Part shown: one piece after another, positions 52,744-64,000 of the stretch
Layout of the letters: each line of letters starts with the position of its first letter
Position numbering within the stretch: the first letter of the stretch is position 1
DNA from: Phoronis australis
Taxonomy: Eukaryota; Animalia; Phoronida
Assembly (NCBI GenBank): GCA_002633005.1
Contig: NMRA01000378.1
Span: 363,329 to 427,328 of the forward strand
DNA length: 64,000 nucleotides
Direction: 5' to 3'
The notes under the pieces: generated by a model
Database searches by the model: none
Seen by the model: the letters and a program-made list of their open reading frames with translations, nothing else
What the model was told of the DNA's origin: nothing
Made by a program: the position numbers and the translations under genes

Positions 52744-53981
52744 TTAAAACCACAGCGCCAGGGAATATGTAGTTACCTTTTAGACGTATAGGATACGTTA
52801 ATTGCGAAGAGCCGAAAATGAAGGACAGCAGTTTTACATAGCTGGACGACAGAGAGCTGCTCCGCCCACGAATTAGTACCGAGATCACTTCCGATTAATT
52901 TGCTAGATGTAAACCTTAGCTCACATGAAAATTTGAAGCCTGTGCGTCCAATATTTTTTAAGAAATGAAGCTTTTATCGCTCGTGGGAGTGTGACAACAA
53001 GTGACCAAGCGAATTTTGTGTGGAACCAATTAAACAATTAGCATCGTTTAGATGTGACAAGATTAAGATTGAAACGACTTCATATATTCTGTAATGATTG
53101 TCAGGTAATAAGATAGACGTCTCCAGGCTACATCATCAGTTAGCAGCTGACAGTGGGGTGGGGGTGTGTTGTAGGGTGGGGGTAGAGGTCGTTAAAGGCA
53201 TGATCGGTGTTCCAAATTCTAAAGCTGTCACTGATGGAGCAGCACAGGTTGGAATCATTCAAAACATACAAGTGCATTTGCCATCGTTTCGTGAATACAA
53301 ATATTTTGGCAAAGTTTCACCAAAGAGATCTAGTTATGCAAACTACCACCTGGGGGATAGTCGAATCCTAATTATCTAATAATTGACGTCGACCGATTTC
53401 ATCACCATAGAAACATATTTTCAAAAAATAATGAAGCCCTTTCGTGTCCCTTGCACATGCGTGATTTCACGTAACTTCCTCAAAATGGCACCCTATAAGA
53501 GAAATTGGAAGAAACCGCGACAGATTTTCATTGATATGTTCAAATTATCTTGACTGAATCGCTTCCAGAGTTATTTCATTTGATTGTATTTTCTGCACTA
53601 TCGCCCCTGCATGCCGCAGGCATCACTAAGGAACCAAATACCACCTCTTTCCGTAAAAGCAGTAACGTGATTTGAACAAACAAAAATGCCTTGGTTGAAA
53701 AAGGTCCTACCATGTAGTTTGACAGGTTGTAGAAAGAGGTTCTAAGACTGGAGCTGAAAAGATATCAGAAATCAGATCATTCCGGGCTACCAGTCAGGGC
53801 AAAAAGTCGAGCAGTGTGTATAAAAATGATAATGTAACTGCCGGTTTTGTTGACTAATTTTGGCGGGAAATCACTGGTTGTCTGAATCCACACCACAAGC
53901 TTCTCGTTCAATAAACAAAAATGACGAAAATTAAGCCGTGGAATTAGGCTTCATTTTATAACTACAACATTCGATCAAAAC

Positions 53982-55773
53982 TCAGTCGAGCAGGGCGCCC
54001 GAAATCCACAGTGCAAACTCTCGCGAATAGTTTCGGGGTCGCAAGCTCCAACAATAGAATACCGTACACGAGTAAGGTGCAGGAGTTGGCACTACATGGC
54101 TACAGTTCAGGCCCGTAAGCCAGTATTGAGTGGTTGTGGTTCCAATTTCTATCACGGTGGACTGCAAACGTCGACACTGTAGAGTTTTCGGTAATGCCCT
54201 TGACGCAGCTTAATTAGATGCTGTGACGATTGCTTGCAAATGGCGAACAAGTCAGATGTAATGTGGCCCACAAAGAGAACGTTCTCGCGTTACCTCCTGC
54301 AAAACTTTCAACAAGGCGTGCTTAAATGAGTGGCTACATCTCATTACATGCTCGGACAGAAATATTTAGTGGGAGAATGACTTGACGAATTTTTTTATCT
54401 GGTTGTATTTTTCGTTTACTTAAGTTGTAAGGCTTACATGTACAAGTACTATTCCAGAGTTTCACTGTTCCAAGGGTTCACTACTTCGAAGGTTCACTGC
54501 TCTGAAAATATCTAAAATTTCAGACTCTGGTGTAATTTGTATACCTTTAAATGCAAACATAACGATACTTTGGTTATTATATGCACTGAGCCGTGAACCT
54601 ATAACGAAAGCAACGTCTAGGAAAAGCCCGCATGTCATACCGAAAATTAGTACAAACTTGCAATTTTAAAAGAATGTGAATTAGAATATTGATAAATCAT
54701 CAACCACGATACATTCATCAAATAAATGTAAAGATCAAATCATTTCACAGTGGTGTGCCTATAGCGAAAACAAGACGTTCGGGTACTAAAGCACTCTGTT
54801 TTTGGATTTCATGCGCATTCAAAATTGTCCGCCTTTTTATGTCTTACGAATTTCTTAAAATGAGTACGAACATGGATTTTTAAAAGAATGTGAAGATGAA
54901 ATATTGATGAATCAACCGCAATGCATTCACCAAATCCACGCTAAGATCGCGTCCTTTTGCATCGCGGCTGAAAAGTGTAGGAACGCTGCGCCTCAACCTC
55001 ACCCACCGGAACCACGCTGACGGCGGCTAGAAACTAAATGTAGTTAGTAGGCTACCTTGTCACTGCCAATTTTCAAAAAGTCACAGAGTCCCGTACAGTC
55101 TTCTTAAATTTAAATTCGCCGTTGGTCGCCGAAGCAGTGACCCCTGCCCAGATGTTGTCCTCGCTTGAGAAAGGCGTTAGTTAGTTTCAAGAATCACGAT
55201 TGGGGTGATTGGATCTGAGCTCATTTGCAGAACAATGTGATCAATGTTTTAAGAACTATTCAGCTGTTGCACACCCTTTAAATGGTCACTAAATAGACAA
55301 AAATACAATACTTGTACTTTATTCATGTCAGTTCTGACTCATTAATAGACAATCAGAGCAATGAACTGTCTTTGTTCTGGTTTCGGAATTGTGGACATTC
55401 GATGTAGCGAACTTTCGAAGGTACCAAACCTTCGGAGGAGTGAAACTTCGAAGTAGTGAACCTTCAGAATAGAGTCATGTAAACTTATTAATCTTTTCCA
55501 TCAAATTTGTTGCTCGTGTGAAATCTGCGAGGCTGTGCACCATTGACGCTGATTGACAAGAGAAAACTTTCTTCATTAACCAAAGATTTCATTAGGTCAA
55601 GACTTACTTTTCCTCGATAATGTAAACATGCTTGTTGATTTTTTTCAGTGCAACAGAAGTTAAATGTCTTTTTCAGCAACGACGGAGGACTACTTAAAGT
55701 GAACTTACCGTTGGCGTGTAAATGAATAGAAACGCTCACATGTGAATCCACCAATACACAATCAAAGTGGACA
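53982..55773 (-). pseudogene. Possible C-type lectin domain pseudogene (three exon remnants)
   Basis: AG/GT-bounded segments: 55608-55773 (...RC*KRHLTSV...INKHV), 55056-55163 (EDNIWAGVTASATNGEFKF...F/ENW), 53982-54176 (IEIGTTTTQYWLTGLNCSHVVPTPAPYSC). Requires frameshifts and stops. Confidence 0.35.
54448..55472. mobile_element. Foldback-type MITE arms made of 17-bp subrepeats
   Basis: ggttcactacttcgaag (54475-54491) and its perfect complement (55446-55462), each in a short tandem run. Confidence 0.6.
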
Positions 55774-57677
55774 CTGGATGAACAACATATTTGACGATCA
55801 CTTTTAATTAGAAATTAAAATATGCCTGCGTTTCACCGTACTTTGATAGAAAATATACCAAAACTGCAGATAACAAACATATTTTCTGTTGTTTTGTTTC
55901 TTGGTCGATTTAGAGGCATTCACACCACACTACATCTTGTGAGCTCTCTCGCTGCTATACATGTACATGTACTGTATGTACCGGTTGCTTAGTTAGGTTC
56001 AGACGTTTGCTCTAGACTCCCTTGTTACCATGTGGTGTAATCGCCACACGTGTTCAGTGCTGATGGCTATTATATAACCTCCTCTAATCGTCTGCGCGAT
56101 CATGTCATCTACGCAAACACCACTCGGGCGAAGTTGTCTAGAAACGACCCGACGATTATGTGAAGTGCTTTGAATCGGAAGAAAATTTAAAATTATTTCT
56201 AACTTAGTTACAATTGTACCCATTGGCTACGGGCTTGAGAGTTCCATGATCTGAGTAACACATTGGAAATCTTAAAGCTGCACTTTATCCAGTATCAGTG
56301 GCTAAAAGAAAATCGAAAGATGACTTTCATTTTAATGAAATAGGTCTCATAATTTTCCTTACCGCAACAGGTTTCTGTTTCCTTTACCAGCATCGAAACC
56401 ATCAACTTCCCGAAAACACTTCAGAGTTTATTGGGGTTTACAAACTTTGATTCTGGGAACTCGAACAAGACTCTTGAATGCATTCACTGTAAGTTCAAGC
56501 TCAGTCGAAATCAATTCCTGTATTCCGCCCTCCCTCTCTTCTTCTCGGCCTTGAGTTAAAGGAGCAAACAACCTAATTTGTATCAATTTAGATCGAGTAG
56601 TTCTACTCCATAACGACACGTACGGTTGCGTTACCTGACACCTGACGGCAGACGGAGGTGTTAAAATTATCCAATGACGTAATTGGTTTCACACGCAGTC
56701 TGTTCAGCAGTTCACAACACGGGTTACTGGTGTCAGCTTATCGCTTGAATTCATCGTTTAACACCAATGAGTTATCAAACTTCGATGTAAAACCCTTAAA
56801 ATGCACCGAGTTCTTATAAAAACGTGTTGTTTTATTTCGCTGTTACGGATTTATTGGTATTTGGACACACCGTAGCCTACAAAGTTCGGCAGGCCAATAT
56901 GGTCCGTAGCAGGAGTTTGGGATCTGTTCGGAGATAAATTCGAAGTATTTTCCGTGATATACAGACAGGAGAACCTGGATCTGTGTTATTTGGACTTGGG
57001 ATTGTTTGAGTTCTTAAACACACAAAACGCTTGTTATCCTGGCCAGTGGCTCGGAGCCCGATCAGGCCCGTCGCAGCGGCTGGCCGGCCGGATTGACTCG
57101 TTATCCCGCTGGCCAGTGGTTCGGAAACTGATCAGACATCACGAACATAAACCAGCGAAAAATGGAAACTAAACTTCCAGTCAAGAAAATACTATACTGG
57201 TGAGCCAAAGTAATGTGCACGTGATTATGTTGGTGAATTACACAAGAAACTGCAAATCTACTTACTCGTCGGGGGCCGCGAATTCAGGTTCCGCTTTGGC
57301 CACAGCACCGTCACGGCAGAAGTTGTACATTGACAATCATTATTTTAATAATGTAAATGTAAATAAAGGCTCCCCTAACACAAGGCCGTGGGATGGAAAT
57401 CGACGGATTTGTTTCACATCAATTTTTGCCAGCAAACACTTGAATTAGCATGAGCTCACACGGCCTTGGTGTCCCGTCAATTAGTTTTATTGTATCTAAA
57501 GCCGGTAAGGCAGTGATTTATTCACTGCTGGCTTCTCAAATCATTTGCACTCACGAACACTCCAAAGGCATTACAAATTGCATCTAATGAGGCAGACTTT
57601 GTTTAAGTTTTATATAAGCATTGGTTAGGGTGACAATAATTCATTTTGAAACAGAACGCTCAGTAACAAACATTAAC

Positions 57678-57809
57678 ATGTCAACGGCAATCCCGTGTGA
57701 CTTAGACGTGAGCTCATCAGTCGAACCCGACGAAGACTTCACAGGTGGATCGCTAAGTTTCACAGGCTATCAATTCGAACAGGAATACAGTGATGAAGAG
57801 GCCCCGTGA
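57678..57809 (+). mobile_element. Fragment resembling the N-terminus of the Kolobok second gene
   Basis: Acidic peptide with GYQFEQEYSDEE, resembling the PYxFEP motif; a TTAAAG-type terminus lies at ~56272. Confidence 0.4.
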
Positions 57810-60800
57810 ACAACCTCAGACAACGGAACGTATAGATAGTTATTTGGTAAGCCGGCATTCGTCAGCACTGACGACGACTGCTGGCCACAGACACGGAGAT
57901 GTTTCACGGCCTCATACTTGCTATTTACAGCATAATTTCAATTCTTCACTACCACGAGCCACTTTCTCAGCATTTCGGACTCTTGAGGAAGTCGAAAAAT
58001 ACGATATATCCGCTTTCCTCGCAACTGCATAATGGGAACGATGCACCAACATAGCGGCATTCACTCTGCAGATGAACCACTGACGTCGCTAGCGTAGTTT
58101 CTCACGTTCACAGGTTAACGCGACACCTCTTGGCAAGGTAAGGTCGATCGTATTCAAGGCGATGTGGATAGAGACCGATTAAGACGGCAAAAAGACTAAT
58201 TAAATCGGGTGGCGTTCTCCTTTAAATTATATCAATGGTGCAAAGGCGGCGCTTTGTGCACGACAGTCTTTGCCGTCTTTTATCCGTCGGGAAGGGTGAA
58301 ATGTGACATCCCGCATCCTTGGATATTTGTCCAGCTCCCACTTATTTGATTTTTTGTTCCAGTCCACCACCGGGCATGGCTTAAACATGATATACAAACT
58401 AAAGTATTTAGACGACAGCGAGGCTCACGTACTTCCGTATCTGGAGATATGTCGCAATTTCGTGCCCCACGGCATGGGAGAGCGATCAATGCGAATGGCG
58501 AGAATTCAAGATCACATGAGCGTTGTCACGGTTTAAGCCCCGTGATGCTTCAGTTAAGAATTCAACATTGACGGTTAAGATATGGCGAAGTGGAGTTTTT
58601 TTTAAAGATTTATAACGTTTTCGTGTACATTTGAAGGGGTGGATGCAGGATTTTGAGTTGGGGCCAGGACACTGAATAATCAGGTTTACGCCTCATGCGC
58701 GCGCCCAACCTAAAATGTTGGGATATAGGGGGTCTCGAATGTTTGGGTTTGTGTGCCTTATTACTAAAAAAACAAAAAACAAACAAACGGGGTTTGTTCA
58801 AGGCCTGTTCATTGTGCATTCGCCCGCGGAGCCCCCCTGGGTGCGCGCATACAGAGTAGGCTAGTCAGCAATTCGCACCCCGAACTGCCAAATGGAATGT
58901 GATAGAATTTTAGGGGGCCTCGGCCCCCTTGCTGCTCCCCCCTAAAACCGCCTCTGATTTGCACGTAGGCGTATGGTAAATTTTAAATGGATCAACGGAA
59001 AAAACGAGGCACCCAAGTTCACGACATCTTGTTCGTGATCTTACAATCTTATGTTGGGAAGAAATTATTGACTTATTACACAAAGACAAAACAATTGAAA
59101 ACCAAATAGTGTGGAATAACAAAAGCATTTTGATTTATAGGCTTACATTCAGCAACAGTTTCTGAGGCAGAGACACTTGGTGAGAGGACCTTGTGGATTT
59201 AAAAAATCGTGACCTGGGAGGTATTGAAAGAGATACACAATTTCAAACTGAATTAATACAATCCCTTGAGACGTGCAATTAAGGTGAAATCTGAGCCTTC
59301 CGGGTCAAAGTGCACTTCCTAGTTACAGTGTATCACTGCACTGTTTTAAAGGAATGTTTTGCTTTCTAAAATTGTTTCGTCTCCTGATACAGAATACAGT
59401 TTGATTGATATTATTTTACTTTAGGCAACACATTAACCAAGTTTAAGTTCTTCCATACAAAACTCTTGTTGCCCTCTTATGCAGGAACCTCCAAATATTA
59501 CTATATTCATAAAGAGGTTTTGGACAACTATGTTTTAGAAAAAAGACGCGATTAGTTAGACAAGTGACGATACCTGTGCGTCTTGTGGAACTGTTGAAAC
59601 ATTTAATATTGTGGTTGTGAAACGTGGCTTTGTGAAAAATAACGGGTACGAGATTCAGAAACTCTTAACTGCACAACACGATGTAATCTTACATGAGAAA
59701 TAAAGATGGTATTTTGAATGATGCCAAACTCATTTTGGATGTATTTTTGGGGGCCTCTAATTCTATATTAATGTATTTGTCAATGTTTTACTCATACGTG
59801 CTCTGAAGACCAGACAATTTCTAGTTATACACTGTACACAATTAATTTCCGCGAGTATGACAGGCCCTTAGGAAGGTAAAAATATTGGGGGGCCCAAACC
59901 AAATCGACCTCGCCAACTTACCTCCTTCCTGTCGCCACAACCCTCCCCCGTTCTCTGGATGTCACCATATTTGTACGCCCCCCCCCCACCGTTCTCCATA
60001 GGTGGGTTGGGAGATAATACCTGAGATGCAACCATCAGTATTTGAGTAACCGTGAACCAACAAAGTTTCACGGAGTTTAATAATGGGTCTAGGGCCAGCG
60101 CCCTGACGGGTAGCTGGGTTCCAACAGTGGATTCGATGAACTAGAGCTAGTCAGCTCAGCTATGATTCACTTGAGACAGGCAGCTTAGCTCGCACGTATT
60201 CCTCCGCGGTGGATCTAAGGTCAAGGTTCGTTTTATTATGACCAAGTTTCGGGAAAACTTCATTTTATCGTGGCCTTTCTTTGAAGGGCATTTTGGAAAG
60301 GTGAGGTCCCGAGGTCCCTTGTATGAGTGCTTTTGTGGCCGTTTCAAAATCCCTTGATGAAACACAGCCGGTAATCAACTTTCTTGTGGCTGGGGAAATG
60401 ATACAGAGTGTTTCCCAAAAATGTACACACTTCATTGCCTGGAGCTCAAATTCAGCTCCCGTGGGTCACTGATATTCTGCGCAGGCCCACTGCACAGTTA
60501 CACCTTATTTTTATCGTGGTACGTCAGTTATGACGTGCTCTGTGTATGTAGTATGCACAGGAATGGAAAGCAAATGAGTCATTTTTGAAGAGAATTCACT
60601 GCGCAATACTATTGGAAACTAACAACATCAAGGAAGTGCAAAGAGAACATTTCCCAGTTGATGCGCAATAAGTTTGATTTTATTTATTTAAGTACTTTAA
60701 CTTCTACGATCTACGGTTTGTGAAATTAAACCCGCTAATCTACTGTATTTCCCTAAGTCAATAAAAAGTTTATTGCCATTTGAATTGTGAGAAAATTTAG

Positions 60801-63800
60801 GACACTTTGTAGAGCTATCCGATGATTCATTAATATCGTTGAGACTTCTTTCAGATAGACAAATCTAATTGTTTAGTGCACTTTTATATTTGGGGATCTG
60901 ATGATAGATCGAATTTCCCAATGTCTGCTTGCAACTAATTTCGTTGAAGCATTGTCATTTCTTACAAGATTAGCTTCTATTTAAAAAAAAAAATCATCGG
61001 CCAATCAGCTCATTTTTCTTGAAACATGCAATTCAGAAACCAGCAATAGAACCCATGTGTAATACATTTACCATGTTTTAATGACTTAATTCATTTTTGA
61101 TCCCCTGTTAGTGAGTTTAAACGACAAATCTTGTAACAAAGTAAAAAAAAACAATGCATTTATTGTCATTTGAATTGCAAATTTTTGGGAATTGTCCCAA
61201 TTCCATCAATGTCTTTGAGAGTTTAGGCAAGAAGCGTCCAAGTGCACTTTACTATTTTGGCATATTCAGGCTTCAACTAAATTCACTGAAACATAGTCAT
61301 TTTTTAAAATATTAGCTTCTAATTGCCAAAAATCATCTACGATTCTATCGATTTTCGTAGATACATAAACAAGTAAATCTGAAACCAGCGAATCTGTTTA
61401 TCAAAACAGAAAGTAATAAGCAATTTCCGCGTGCTTGTTCACAGAGTTTTAACGGGTAGCCAAGGGAACATGGGAGATGAGACATTCGTATTAAGACGTA
61501 TTTTTGCGCATTGCTGAGGTATCTATAACGGTTCACGAGGTAAACTTGAACTCCACTGACAAAAAACCGCTGAAACCTGTGTTTATGATTGCCAGAGTTC
61601 TTTGAGTACCTCCCATTCGACATGTGCACGGTCATCACAAATAGTAGACTAGACAGCAGTGTCTTCCACGTGTGGGAATTCCTCACAAACAACTCACAGT
61701 AACAATCTTCAAACGAAATACTATCCTTGTGATATTTTGGGAAACGGTAACACTATTTTGTAACTAACCATCGGAAGTAGTCCTTTTGTGTAATTCACAA
61801 ACAGTGGTCTTCACGTTCCTCAAAATTCCAATCCTTTCGATGGCAAACAATCCTATCCTATCTTTTTGCATTTTTTGGTTCAAATGTCTTGATCCTGATG
61901 TGCTGTACACGATTTTTTTGTTTTTTTATGAGTTTGGGATATCAACTTCCCTCGTGAATACTTGGCATTGTCTTATTTATATGTACTGTATGGAGGGACA
62001 AAGGGACATTTCCCCCAACTGCTCGACCGAGAGAGGGCGCCGTCTGAAATGGACACCTTAAGATTATAGGATAAACATCATAAAACTTGGAAAAAAGGGA
62101 CAGTTCATTTCATCGTCGTGCGGTCCCAAAACGATACAGGAGGTGACCTCCTTCAACATGAAAGCTGGTCGCACGATTTCACAAAAAGACAGGAAAATAG
62201 ACTCAAGTAATCTATTTCAACATTGGGCACTCTCTGCGTGAGCGTCACTTTAAGAATTTGTCAATAAAAGCACAAAAATGGTGGCCAGTTGAATGTCATT
62301 AAAGTCCTCCTTGAAGGGCGGGGCCCCTAATTATGAAAATATCTATATTTTCAATAATCAAGAAATTCGCAGCAATTGATGTTATCTGTCAGATCATCAA
62401 TTTTTCTACAGTGATATACATTTTCGAGAAAACAAAATAAAAGGAATATCTCCGTTATCCCTTGTCGCAGAGGTGCCTTTGGAAAAATATACTTTTGCAT
62501 TCGTAAAACTGACATACTGAATTTAAAAATCCGGTAAATTAATACGCTCCGCAAAAGCTTCGCTTTAAAATTTTTCTCGAATTTTCAAAATATATGTGTG
62601 ATTGCTTCGGTGCAAGTTTTCAAGTGCGTTTAGACGACCTACGTTGCAAAAGCGGAGACCCTAACAACAATGTCCTGGCCAGGGTCCTTAAATGGTAAAC
62701 AATGCACTGATACAGAGTTGTTGAATGTTCTCTTAGAATTTTCTCTCTTATACATGTACGTATTTCGCAGTCTTTCTTTCCTCGACTGTCCTCGACCCAA
62801 CGCTTATGTCCGTTGCCACTGCTTAACCTTGATGCCCGAAAATGTTTTTACAAAAGGCGGAGAATTACGCTAGAAAATGACATTTTGCATGCATCCCGCT
62901 GGTCCTTAGCTGTACATGTTGATGCACGTTTCACGGCGAGCTCACAAGCACAACTACCCTGGCCGTGTGTACATGTAATTTCGAAGTCTGATGGCACTGA
63001 ACACCAGGGAAACCTACCTGTGTTTTGACGACATCTTTATGAGCTAGCTGTCTGGCTAGAATTTTGTTTCAGTAGCAGAGAACCACTTTGAATTACGCAA
63101 TCTGTTTTTACTTTCTACGCCACTTTAATTGATGATCATATTGCTGTTGGAGTATCGTCACGTATACGGTACACCTGCACTTTTAACTACATAATTTCAA
63201 TTTATTACCCTGAGCAGTTGTGCCGGCACGGGCCTTAAGGTTATACATGTATGACACATTATATTCTGATCGCAGTCTTGTTTGTCAACCGTCCCGTACA
63301 CGGTACACGTGTACGTATAAGTGCACAAATTACATTTTATTACAAGTTTGGTTGCAGGTTTTTTGACACTTTGACTAATGATCGCAATGTTGTACCGTCA
63401 AGTGTTCGGTACACGTGTACGCGAAGCCTTGACATTATCAAGTAGGGTTGATTTTGATGATTTTATTAAGAAGGATTTAATGATATGATAAATGTATAAT
63501 GGTGTAACACTGAATTCTTAACCACGCAAATAAATAAAGGAGTATTTTTAAAAGTTACCTCAAGTCATATGTTAGTAAACATTTCATGTACACTTACAGA
63601 GCAAACATGGCGAAACTAAGGGCTACGTCTTTGTCGTGATTTTAAATCTCAAAATGCCTTGTTGAAGACCTCTCCTAACAAAAGTCATATAGTTTGATAA
63701 GTTGTCGAAAAAGTGGCTAAATATTTTCGATCATCATCTCAGTTACGTGAATGTTTACCCGATAATTCTTATTAAGCAAACATTGTTGCGACAAATTGCT

Positions 63801-64000
63801 GTTAGAAATCGGTAAGGACCAACAGATGGAACCTTTTACTAAATTCTATTAAAAGAATATTGTCACGTGACCCAATTACCAAACATCGGTACAAAGTCAA
63901 ATATAAATACAAAACGTACCGAGAGTGGCGTACATGAAGTAGTATCCCACGAGACATTATTCCGCGTATCGACCGAGATCGAATTTTGTATTTATCCCAT

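Noticed and set aside
59420-59700. DTCASCGTVETF zinc-knuckle-like remnant of an L1/Tx1 element
   Set aside because: Too short and degenerate to support as a feature.

Overview
AT-rich, intron-rich animal genomic DNA, probably a marine invertebrate such as a mollusc (inference), with two N-gaps. Three genes were reconstructed by hand from GT-AG exons with consistent phases. (1) ATF6 on +, 12 exons at 194-11110, start upstream of the window. (2) A convergent CutA on -, ~13882-21726, with one exon missing and probably in the gap. (3) A small secreted insect-type CS-alpha-beta defensin on +, CDS 33612-33693 + 35773-35906, which the ORF track misses; its candidate TATA promoter has three perfect FoxO/forkhead TTGTTTAC sites and its last intron holds a palindromic pair of hammerhead ribozymes. 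The defensin lies in a decayed tandem duplication: a paralogous 3' exon survives at ~45156. A possible C-type-lectin pseudogene lies further downstream. The rest is LINE, Penelope, Kolobok and MITE debris plus satellites. All calls are by eye; no database searches were run.
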